This document shows positions 36,534 through 45,199 of a stretch of DNA of 45,199 nt, one piece after another. The number at the start of each line of letters is the position of its first letter. Position 1 is the stretch's first letter. The position numbers and the translations under genes were made by a program. Source of the DNA: Trichomonas gallinae (Eukaryota); contig MRSU01001666.1 in assembly GCA_008369845.1 (NCBI GenBank), forward strand, positions 1 to 45,199. The letters are read 5' to 3'. The notes under the pieces were generated by a model. That model worked only from the letters and a program-made list of their open reading frames with translations, did not search any database and was not told the DNA's origin.

Positions 36534-36843
36534 ATTGATGATTTATTATCTTTATAACATGCATATTATAAATATCAATAAATCTTGTCATAAAACAATT
36601 TATTTTAATTTCCTCAAATAAAATTCTGACTTTTGATGAAAACTATTTCGAAAAATAGAATTTATATAGTGTTTACAATCTAAATCCATAAAATTTGTTT
36701 GATATACACTAAAAATAAGAGAAAAACGTTCTAAAGTCGGACAAATAAAACATAAATGTTTAGAGAGTTCGTATACAAAGAAAGCAGCAAAATCAAATGA
36801 TTAAAAACCACTTTTATCGTCGGGAGTGTAAAAAATTTTTTTA

Positions 36844-37431
36844 ATGTCATACAAAGTCGTTTTTCTTGGGGAGGGCCGTGTTGGAAAGACATCCATTGGA
36901 AAGCGCTGGACGGAAGGAAAATTCGAAGCCACAAGATCTACAATTTCTGCTGCGTTTTTCCAACATTCTGTTCAGACTGGAAAGAAAGTCATAAACATCC
37001 AGTTGTGGGATACAGCCGGTCAGGAAGAATATCACTCCTTGGCTCCAATTTACTATAAAGATGCACAAGCTGCTATTTTAGTTTATTCAGTAACAGATTC
37101 GAAATCGTTCGAAAAGATGCAACAGTGGAAGAAAGAGCTCACAGCTTCACGTGGTGATAATATTAAAATTATTCTTTGCGGAAATAAAATCGATCTTCAA
37201 TCTCAGCGTGTTGTCACTCTTGAGCAGGCCGAGGCTATCGCTAAACAGTATAACACTCAACATTACGAAGTTAGCGCCAAGACTGGTCAGGGTATTGATT
37301 TGATGTTTTTGAAATTGGCCGAACAATTGTCTACAATTCCTTTGGCTAATACCGGCCCAACAAGAAAGAGTCATGCTAGCCTGCAGGTTGTTAACGGTGA
37401 AGAAAAACAGCAAAAGAAGGGATGTTGCTAA
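36844..37431 (+). CDS. Rab-family small GTPase, Rab21-like
   Basis: G1 GEGRVGKT, G3 WDTAGQE, YHSLAPIYY, G4 NKID, G5 EVSAK, C-terminal GCC prenylation motif. Confidence 0.93.
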   Translation: MSYKVVFLGEGRVGKTSIGKRWTEGKFEATRSTISAAFFQHSVQTGKKVINIQLWDTAGQEEYHSLAPIYYKDAQAAILVYSVTDSKSFEKMQQWKKELTASRGDNIKIILCGNKIDLQSQRVVTLEQAEAIAKQYNTQHYEVSAKTGQGIDLMFLKLAEQLSTIPLANTGPTRKSHASLQVVNGEEKQQKKGCC

Positions 37432-38134
37432 TAAAATAATTTAATATGCTTTCGATTACGCATTGTGTTTTAAAACTAAAAACTCCTTCATCCGAATAAA
37501 TATTTACTCGACGGAAAATGGTTATTTCCTTACTTTTATCAAAAAATGACAGCTTTGCCATCAAGTTTGATCGTCAGCATTCCATATGATGCTAGAGTCG
37601 ACTAATTTTATCATAATTTTAAGTAAGGTTGATAACTTTACAATGTCAATTATTTTTTTATTCGCATTTGTATAAATAGATTCACACTATCTATATTACG
37701 TAGATTATAGTTCTATGCTGTAGGTAATGATGACACCAGGGACACTAATATTGCCTTAGTGCAAATTTATAAAAATAAAGATCTTTAGCATCTTGATATG
37801 GTTCACTCATTAACTCAGATTTGAAAAATAGATCGAGAAAACCAGCATAAGACATGATTTGAAAGTTAGAAATATAAAAATTATATTTTGAGATAAAAAT
37901 ATTGTTATCTCATTATATAAGGAATAAAAATTAGATATAGAAAGCTATAATAATACAAAATATTAAAATTAGATCTGGATAACTAGCATAATACAAGATT
38001 TAAAAAAAATAAATATAAAATTACGAACAACTCGATCATATTAAACATATAAAATTATAGAGAGACTATACTTGTGCTATTTCTAAGACTTCTTTGACAT
38101 GATTGATTTTTTGAGTAATTTTTGAGGAAATAAT

Positions 38135-38809
38135 CTAATAAAATTCCATATTTGATAACTGCTGCAATTGCTGATTATTTGATTGCACTTCTTTGTATGT
38201 GTTTGTTATTCTTTCATGCATAGCGGAAGAATAAGCTGGAGCTATTTTACAAAATTCTAAAATAAGTTTTCTCCTTTCTTCAGCAACTCTTTCACGCTCT
38301 AATAAAGCCTGAGAATAGTTCATTGGAAGCTGACATGGAATTCCAGAAGGTTCTGAGCCAAAAGGCAGAACAAATGTAGTAAATTCTGATGCTGGTAGAA
38401 GTGATACGCGACAGTCATTATCCATTTCGTATTTATCCCATATATTATTTCCTGATGGAATTACAAACGAATTTTGCGCGGCATTGTATGGTGCAAGTTT
38501 AATATCTACTGATTTTTTGGTTACTACGACTGGGTTTAATGTAAATAAGTAAAACGTTGATCTTTGAGAGTTGCGAATTTTCAATTGATCGATAAATGCT
38601 GTAACTTTGACGGTAACCGAATTAATTACTTCCAAATTCGTAGATTGCGATATAAAAATTGTGCATTCAGTTAGATTTTGAAGAGTGACTTTATTCATTT
38701 GCTGTAATATATAGAAAAAGCATCTCTTACTATTGCCAATAGTTATAGCAGAAGCAGTGGCAACTTTTATGCATATTGTCGCGTCATTCTTCTCTTGGAT
38801 ATTTAACAT
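38135..38809 (-). CDS. Divergent TBCC/C-CAP beta-helix domain protein
   Basis: Beta-helix spacing (VTLQNLTECTIFI...QLKIRNSQRSTFYLFTLNPVVV...IKLAPYN...NNIWD) followed by a helical tail; first ATG at 38809. Confidence 0.65.
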   Translation of the reverse strand: MLNIQEKNDATICIKVATASAITIGNSKRCFFYILQQMNKVTLQNLTECTIFISQSTNLEVINSVTVKVTAFIDQLKIRNSQRSTFYLFTLNPVVVTKKSVDIKLAPYNAAQNSFVIPSGNNIWDKYEMDNDCRVSLLPASEFTTFVLPFGSEPSGIPCQLPMNYSQALLERERVAEERRKLILEFCKIAPAYSSAMHERITNTYKEVQSNNQQLQQLSNMEFY

Positions 38810-39460
38810 CAAAAAATTGCCAATGATAAAAAATGTAAAGATAAAAACACACTGTAATTATGTTTATATACATTTAAATCAGCTGATTACATTGATAAAA
38901 TGGTTGTAAAAGCTTCAGAAAACGAAAATTAATCAAAAAACATTCTTTTGACAATGTAAAGCATTAATTTAGCAAAATAAATGTTTATGTGACAAAATGA
39001 CAAAATATTATTTTCGCATTTTATTTATATACACATATCAGCATGCATGTATAAAAGCTTCTTGTTAGAGTTTTAATCATTTTTTGTTCATATAATTTAC
39101 GAGATTAAATTATTCCGAAATTCTACGCTTTCTATCTTTTAGAGGATCTTTGATGTATCTATGGCATTGATAGTTGCTCAGAAGAGACACAAAACAAAGA
39201 AAAATTGTAAATCGTGGTATTAGAAAAGAGTTGGGAGTAGAATGGTTGTATTAACTGCTAGAAAATAGATACATAATGTTATTTGCTGAGGTAATAGCTT
39301 GTTTATTGTTGATTAATTGATTTTTCTCGAAATATGCATCTTTCTTATTATTGTTTTAGTTAAAACACTATGCACAGCAAGAATATATTGGAAAATGATA
39401 CAACACTAAGTTTAAGTATGATTTTTTTTTAGAAATAATAAAATATAACAGAAAAATATA

Positions 39461-40444
39461 TCACTGGATCGGTTTGAACACCTGCGGGAACATCTGGCGC
39501 TCGAGTTTAACGATTTCGCTCTGAAGCTCTTCGTTGTCCTTCGTCATCATTGCTAATTGTCTCTTGAGGGAAGCAGCTTCATCTTTATAGGCGGAAATCT
39601 TCCTTGAGACTGACGCGCACATCTTCCTCATGCTCATCAGCTCCTGCTGCTTCTGCTTTTCGGCGTCTTTCTGGACTTGAAGCTGAGCTCTGAGATCTTT
39701 GATTGTTCTCACTTGCTGGCGGAATTTGTTGGCATTTGTGCTCTCCCTGTCGCGTAGCTTAGACTTGAGAGTGAGTAAATTCTGTTCTAAGCGCGACATT
39801 TGCTCCTTTTTCTGTGCAAGAGATTGACTTGCCTGAGATAGTGTCTGCTTTAAGTTAGGACCGTGCGCATTACGCTCCTTCTGTATTTGTGCTGTTAAAT
39901 CAGCGATTTTTTGAATCTGTTTTTCGCGATTTGCTCTGATAATTTGTGCGCTTTCTTTTGCGCGCTTCTTTGCGGCTTCAATATCAGCCTTTGCTTCTCC
40001 ACGAGCAACGTTGATATCAGAATTAAGCTGCTCGATCATTGCACGAAGGCGTTGCGCTTCTTCGCGTCTTTCTTGGAGACATTTCTCCCAGACTTCGTTC
40101 TTACTTTCAAGCTGGGCCTGGTAGAAAGCCTGCTGCTTGGCGCGAAGGGCTTCAATTGATTCGAGTTCATTTTTAGTTTGATCATTTAATTCGTTTATTT
40201 GTGTTTTTGCCCATTCTTGGCGATCTTTTTCATTCTCTTCACCTTCCTTGGCAGCAGCTGCAAGAGTGGCCTGATGCTTTGTTGCTTGCTGCTGCATTTG
40301 GTTAACATTAGATCTTTTAAGTTGTGTTTGTGTATAATTTTCAGATCCTTTGTTTATTTCTTCTATAGTCGCCTTGATTGTCTCGTCTGCTTTCATCTTC
40401 CACTCTTTGGAGAGATCAAATATGCTAGAATCTGAAGAGTTCAT
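39461..40444 (-). CDS. Coiled-coil protein, function unknown (327 aa)
   Basis: Q/K/E/A-rich heptad-like ORF with AAAAATG start context. Confidence 0.85.
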   Translation of the reverse strand: MNSSDSSIFDLSKEWKMKADETIKATIEEINKGSENYTQTQLKRSNVNQMQQQATKHQATLAAAAKEGEENEKDRQEWAKTQINELNDQTKNELESIEALRAKQQAFYQAQLESKNEVWEKCLQERREEAQRLRAMIEQLNSDINVARGEAKADIEAAKKRAKESAQIIRANREKQIQKIADLTAQIQKERNAHGPNLKQTLSQASQSLAQKKEQMSRLEQNLLTLKSKLRDRESTNANKFRQQVRTIKDLRAQLQVQKDAEKQKQQELMSMRKMCASVSRKISAYKDEAASLKRQLAMMTKDNEELQSEIVKLERQMFPQVFKPIQ

Positions 40445-40505
40445 TTTTAGTTTGATTTTTTGTAAACGTACACCTAGATATGATTTGCCACTTTTTGTAA
40501 GCTAT

Positions 40506-40606
40506 TTTTGACATGTAAATCACAGATTTTTTATACAACACTGACAAGTAAATTACTAGTTTTTGACAAACAATTTTGACACGTAAATCACACGTTTTGA
40601 CATTAA
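40506..40606 (-). promoter_or_regulatory. Cluster of TTGACAYGTAAA-type motifs upstream of the 39461-40444 gene
   Basis: TTTTGACATGTAAATCACA (40506-40524) and TTTTGACACGTAAATCACA (40574-40592), plus TGACAAGTAAA (40542) and two TTTTGACA half-sites. Confidence 0.6.
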
Positions 40607-40924
40607 TCTCCGTAACAAAAATATCCATGAATACTCAGCTTTATTAATGGATGTTATTCGAAATATATGAAGATAGCTGGGATAATGGAAGAACTTCTAG
40701 TGACCATTCCAAAAAATGCGAATGTAGCAGCGTGAAAATGTGATTAAATATTTTCATCAATGATTTTAGAGAAAATACATGTTTCTCGAAAACATCGTCA
40801 GAAACTCGTCTGCAAATGCAGTATATATATATTTGCAGATCATTACAGATTGTTTCTGCAGAAGAATAAAGGTATCATATCGTTCTAATTTAATTTTAAA
40901 TGAATACATTTTATTAAATAAAGA

Positions 40925-43900
40925 TTAGTTTGGCCTGATTTGAGCACAACATGGAATTAAAATTTGTTCTTTGACCTTTGGGTAATTTTGATGAATAGAC
41001 AGAATTATCCTTGCTGCTTTAATTGCTTCAACCGGGTTTTGTGCTTTCATGTAGTTGTAAGCAAGCTTGTAGCCGATGTAGCAATCGGTCTTCGATGTGA
41101 GTTCCCATGCTGTAGAAAGAGCGGCGGCGGCTTCATCGTAGAGCTTCTTCTTCTCATAGATCTGAGCCATCATCTCCCACGCCTTTCTGCAGCTCTTATC
41201 AAGAGTTACAGCCTTGTTCACATATTGTTCAGCATCGTCAAGGATATTATCTTTTATGGATATATACGTCATCATAAGGAATGCCTCAACAAATGATGTG
41301 ATTTCGCTTGCAACAGGTTTGTCATGGATGATTTGGTTAAGGTATCTAGTGGCTTGTTGTTGCTGGCCAAGGCGAATGTAGCAGCGGCACATTCCAATTA
41401 TAACATCAGACGCGTCGCTCTTCATTGCCTTATAAATCTCGAGGGCCTCGGAAACTGATTCTTGTGTATTGCGTGACAGAAGAAGAGTGGCTTCCATCAT
41501 TTGAGTGTCAATGCCAGAATTGCGGAAAGTGCGCAAAGCTTTCTCAGCACCTTGGAGATCTTTTTGAAGAGCAAGAGGCTTATCCTCGCACCAAACAAAC
41601 TTCTGTGACGGATTAGCCTTGATATGGAAGCAATACATATGAGCATTAAGGCCCCAGTCTGGGTCATTGCGACAGCTATAAAAGTGTTCAATTGCCTTTT
41701 GTGGATTTCCCATGTAATATTCATATAATCCGAGGCAGAAAAGATACCCTCCGAGATGCTTATCACATTTCTCGAGATATTCAGGAATAGTGGCGAGCTG
41801 GCCTGCACGAGCGCATAATTCTATCAAGCGTACAAGAGTTCTGAAAAATGTTGGATTTTCGTTGAAAGTTTGTTGGAGTTCAGCGATTGACTCATTGGAA
41901 GAGATATCGGCTAATATAACAGAAGCCTCTTCGCATTTTGGATCTATACGGAGTATTTGCTGGCAGATCTCAGCTGCTTCTGTTGATTTGTCATCTTCAA
42001 TAAGAATCTTTGCAAGTAGCAATGATGCTTTAGAAGAAGATTCGTCAAGCTCGGCAGCCTTTCTGAGGCATTTGATAGCTTCCTCTCTGTTATCTGCATT
42101 GAGGAGCGCATCTGCGTTTTTCAGGTAGAGAGATGCAGCTTTCTTCTTAACTTCAAGCACTTTATCTCCAGGAATGTCATTTCGATTCGGTGATGTGAGT
42201 CTGTCATAGCATCTCAGTGCATCAGTGAGGTATTCGCTTGATGCTTCGTCGGCATCATCTGTTAACTTGGCCTCTATCATGCTCATCAACTCAGCGAACT
42301 GTGCATAATTAAAGCAGCTCTCCCAGTCACTAGCATCGGGATCTATGCTGTCCATTGTTTCGTTAGCAATATCCTGGGCTTCTTGGTATCTTCTGAGTTT
42401 GAACATTGTGCGGCAATACTCGAGAACAACTTTATTGTCATTGGAGACTTCTTTAGCAACTTCATAGGCTTTGAGTGCATCATCAAATGCATGGACAATC
42501 ATGAAAGCGCGAGCAAGATGAAGGGCAACTTGTCCATCATTTGGATCATCTTGAAGAGCATCCTTGAAGCAATCAACAGCCTCTGCGAATCGTTTGACAT
42601 TGATTAAAGCATCACCAAGGAGAAGATAGTTTGTTTTGTTTGGCACAACTTCGGCAAGTTGCTTAAAGCATTTGATGTAAGCTGCTTTGTCCTTGAGAAT
42701 ATTAAGATAGATCTTTGCAGCGCTCTTTCTGGCTGCACTAAATAGCTCGGACTTTTGGTCAAAAGAGTCTAAAATTGCAAGGCCTTCAGGAACATGGTCA
42801 CTTTTAGCCAAAAGCGATGCCTTGAATAATTTAATCTGTCCAACTTGTCCTGGCTCTGTGAATTTAGTCAATGCTTCATCAACTGTACTAAGAGCAGCGT
42901 TAAAATTGCCAGCTCTCTTATGTACATGTGCAATGAACAAGATGACGTTGAGCTTCTCAGGTGCTTTTGCGCTGGTGTACTCTCCTGTCTTCGTGATGTT
43001 GGTGGCTGTTTCGACTGCCTTATCATACTGTCCGCGAGAGTCACAGAGCTGCGCGAGGATCATGTTGTATCTGAGGGAGCTTCTGATGCCGAAGTCGAAG
43101 GATACAGCTCTGTTGAGTGCTGCCTCGGCCTCATCGAATTGCTTCATTTGCAGCCTAATTTGAGCGAGAAGAAGGTGGCAGTGGCTCGCATTATAGCCCC
43201 AGTGCGAGTTGAGTACGAACTGGATGGCCTTTGTCGCCTGTACATAGCGGCCCTCGCCGTAGCCAAGGATGGCAAGATAGTATGAAAACGGAACTGCTCC
43301 TGGAACAAAATCGAGCATAGTCTCGATCAAGTCGCAAACTGGGCCATTTCTTGGATCCGGTACAGTCTTGTCCAGTGTAGAGCAGTACTCCATTGCCTCC
43401 TGCATAGCATCTTCAAAATCTGGGAGTCTGAGGATGACAATCATGTCTGTGAAGCGGTCAACTTGAATTTTGTAGCTTGATCCTTCAGACTGCATTACTG
43501 TATTAAGTTTCTTATTAACGGAATCACCGTGATTCTTCATTGCAGCAAGGAGTGCGTCCACATCGTGTGGGAGTTGATTTAAGCGAGCAATTTTTTGTTT
43601 GAGAGTTAAGAGAGCTAAATTGGGACCAGTTGAACTGACCATAGCCTCGAGAAAGTCTAATTGACTTTGTGCATCGTTCATATTATTCATGAGAATGTAT
43701 GCATTTACGAGTCCAGCAAATGCATTTGTATTTTCGCTGTCGAGAACAACAGCTGACTGTAAAGTTTCCACGGCTTCCTTGGCGCGATTGCATGCAATAA
43801 GAAGTCGGCCGTAAACGTTTAATAAATTTGCATTTTCGTGATTTGATGCCAAAACTTTAGGGAAAAGTGTCAATAATGAGTCTACTATTTGTCTATCTGA

Positions 43901-44800
43901 CCAGGATAAGCCTAAAATAACTGTTGCTACGTGTGAGATATATTCAGCATTTTCTGATTCGTATTTAAGAATGACTTCGCATAGATTCTTTGTCGAGTTT
44001 CTTGCGCTTTCGAGATTGCCTGTAATTCCAAGCTCGTAGAGGACAGTTAGAAAATGAATTTCAGCATCACTCACGTAGCGGCCAGATCCTTCTTGTGCAG
44101 ACTCGAGAGCGAGCTCCCAGCTTCTAGACGATAAGTATACTCGTGCGCGCTCAAGATTGGCTTCTGGATAATCTGCAATTTCAGAAAGCTGCACTAAATA
44201 ACTAAGCGACTCTTGCCATTTATTGACGTTAGCGAAATACAACGCCTTGCCGTATATCACGAATGGATCAATGTTCCTTGCAGTCATTGAAGAATCAGAG
44301 TTTGCAAGATCAAACCAACGGCCGCTATTCCTGTCTCCTTCGGTTAATTTGATCCATCCAACGAGGGCAGATGCATCCCTATTCGCTGGCTGGGTAGATG
44401 TGAGTGGTTGAACTAGATTCAATGCAGTATCAAAATCTCTGGTCAGCCAACAAATTTGTGCCGCTTGTATGATTGATGACGCCGAAGATGATTTGAGCAA
44501 GCTGTCCAATGATGATTCTATATCATTCATCGATGCAAAATCTTGAATTTTGGCTTGTTTGTGAATCCAAAGCTTAGCGTATGCGATAGCAAGCTGTGCC
44601 TGCAAGTTAGATTTCAGTTTATCGAGTGTTGCTAAACCAGCGCTGGTTTTTCCCTCTGCTCCGGAAGCAAGAGCGTCCCAGATTAGAAACTGCGGATCAG
44701 ACCCTTGACTTTTAATGAAGGATGCACATAGTATATGAACGTGTCCGTACATTGCATGGCGCCAATAGTAATATACACGTTCAAACAAGAGCTTCCCCAT
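40925..44800 (-). CDS. IFT139: Intraflagellar transport complex A subunit IFT139 (TTC21-like TPR protein)
   Basis: 1291 aa of TPR repeats. C-terminus AWEMMAQIYEK...AWELTSKTDCYIGYKLAYNYMKAQNPVEAI...YPKVKEQIL...IRP matches the characteristic TTC21B/IFT139 end. Confidence 0.9.
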   Translation of the reverse strand: MGKLLFERVYYYWRHAMYGHVHILCASFIKSQGSDPQFLIWDALASGAEGKTSAGLATLDKLKSNLQAQLAIAYAKLWIHKQAKIQDFASMNDIESSLDSLLKSSSASSIIQAAQICWLTRDFDTALNLVQPLTSTQPANRDASALVGWIKLTEGDRNSGRWFDLANSDSSMTARNIDPFVIYGKALYFANVNKWQESLSYLVQLSEIADYPEANLERARVYLSSRSWELALESAQEGSGRYVSDAEIHFLTVLYELGITGNLESARNSTKNLCEVILKYESENAEYISHVATVILGLSWSDRQIVDSLLTLFPKVLASNHENANLLNVYGRLLIACNRAKEAVETLQSAVVLDSENTNAFAGLVNAYILMNNMNDAQSQLDFLEAMVSSTGPNLALLTLKQKIARLNQLPHDVDALLAAMKNHGDSVNKKLNTVMQSEGSSYKIQVDRFTDMIVILRLPDFEDAMQEAMEYCSTLDKTVPDPRNGPVCDLIETMLDFVPGAVPFSYYLAILGYGEGRYVQATKAIQFVLNSHWGYNASHCHLLLAQIRLQMKQFDEAEAALNRAVSFDFGIRSSLRYNMILAQLCDSRGQYDKAVETATNITKTGEYTSAKAPEKLNVILFIAHVHKRAGNFNAALSTVDEALTKFTEPGQVGQIKLFKASLLAKSDHVPEGLAILDSFDQKSELFSAARKSAAKIYLNILKDKAAYIKCFKQLAEVVPNKTNYLLLGDALINVKRFAEAVDCFKDALQDDPNDGQVALHLARAFMIVHAFDDALKAYEVAKEVSNDNKVVLEYCRTMFKLRRYQEAQDIANETMDSIDPDASDWESCFNYAQFAELMSMIEAKLTDDADEASSEYLTDALRCYDRLTSPNRNDIPGDKVLEVKKKAASLYLKNADALLNADNREEAIKCLRKAAELDESSSKASLLLAKILIEDDKSTEAAEICQQILRIDPKCEEASVILADISSNESIAELQQTFNENPTFFRTLVRLIELCARAGQLATIPEYLEKCDKHLGGYLFCLGLYEYYMGNPQKAIEHFYSCRNDPDWGLNAHMYCFHIKANPSQKFVWCEDKPLALQKDLQGAEKALRTFRNSGIDTQMMEATLLLSRNTQESVSEALEIYKAMKSDASDVIIGMCRCYIRLGQQQQATRYLNQIIHDKPVASEITSFVEAFLMMTYISIKDNILDDAEQYVNKAVTLDKSCRKAWEMMAQIYEKKKLYDEAAAALSTAWELTSKTDCYIGYKLAYNYMKAQNPVEAIKAARIILSIHQNYPKVKEQILIPCCAQIRPN

Positions 44801-45199
44801 TAAATTTTAAAATAACCGACTTTTTTTTTTCAAACGTGCAAAAAAAAAAATCATAATGAGTGAATTATAATTAATATGATAACAATAGAATGGAATTATA
44901 ATTACTGTTAAAAATAGGCTCTTCAAGGCCTCTGTTAGCTCTAGACTAAGTTTATAGGCAACATGAAGTTAGGATAATATAATAGTTTTACATGACGGAT
45001 TGTCATATTCATTAATATTTTCTATGATTTACATGACGTATAAAGCCACTTTTTGTCAAAATTTTACAAAACCCAATTATCGATATATAATAACAAATCC
45101 TGCAATTCCAGTTTTCATTAGTAAGGATGTCGTTTTGGAAGATAATTATGACTTTGGAAGAAAAAAATGACGTAGTAAGAAGATTTTTTGGAAAATAAA

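Noticed and set aside
37727..37820. Box C (ATGATGA) followed by a small CACTAA/TTAGTG hairpin
   Set aside because: No box D (CTGA) at a suitable distance and no recognisable guide sequence.
4652..44800. Apparent flagellar/cytoskeletal gene cluster (RP2-like, TBCC-like, IFT139, coiled-coil proteins)
   Set aside because: The genes are dispersed, on both strands and interleaved with unrelated genes; such genes are common in flagellate genomes, so there is no evidence of functional clustering.

Overview
AT-rich, intron-less eukaryotic DNA, most consistent with a parabasalid (Trichomonas-like) nuclear genome. This is inferred from compact single-exon genes, very short 5' leaders with TCA(C/T)T initiator-like motifs, TAAA signals at or near stop codons, a DUF3447-type ankyrin gene and an SNF2-FYR fusion. 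The window holds about 19 intact CDSs, one partial CDS at the left edge and one elongator tRNA-Met(CAT). Recognisable CDSs: lysophospholipid acyltransferase, two TBCC/RP2-domain proteins, a CHD-family remodeller, an equilibrative nucleoside transporter, XPB, CK2-beta, a bacterial-type GH2 beta-galactosidase, an adenylate/UMP-CMP kinase, a HEAT-repeat protein, an ankyrin protein, a Rab21-like GTPase, IFT139/TTC21 and several coiled-coil proteins. The strongest unexplained signal is non-coding: a 12-bp pseudo-palindrome (TTTACATGTCAA/TTGACATGTAAA and variants) that recurs next to most gene boundaries, including between convergent 3' ends. It is amplified into a 10-copy same-orientation array upstream of CK2-beta and a smaller cluster at about 40.5 kb. 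Some long intergenic gaps look like decayed genes. No CRISPR array, rRNA or recognisable transposon was seen.
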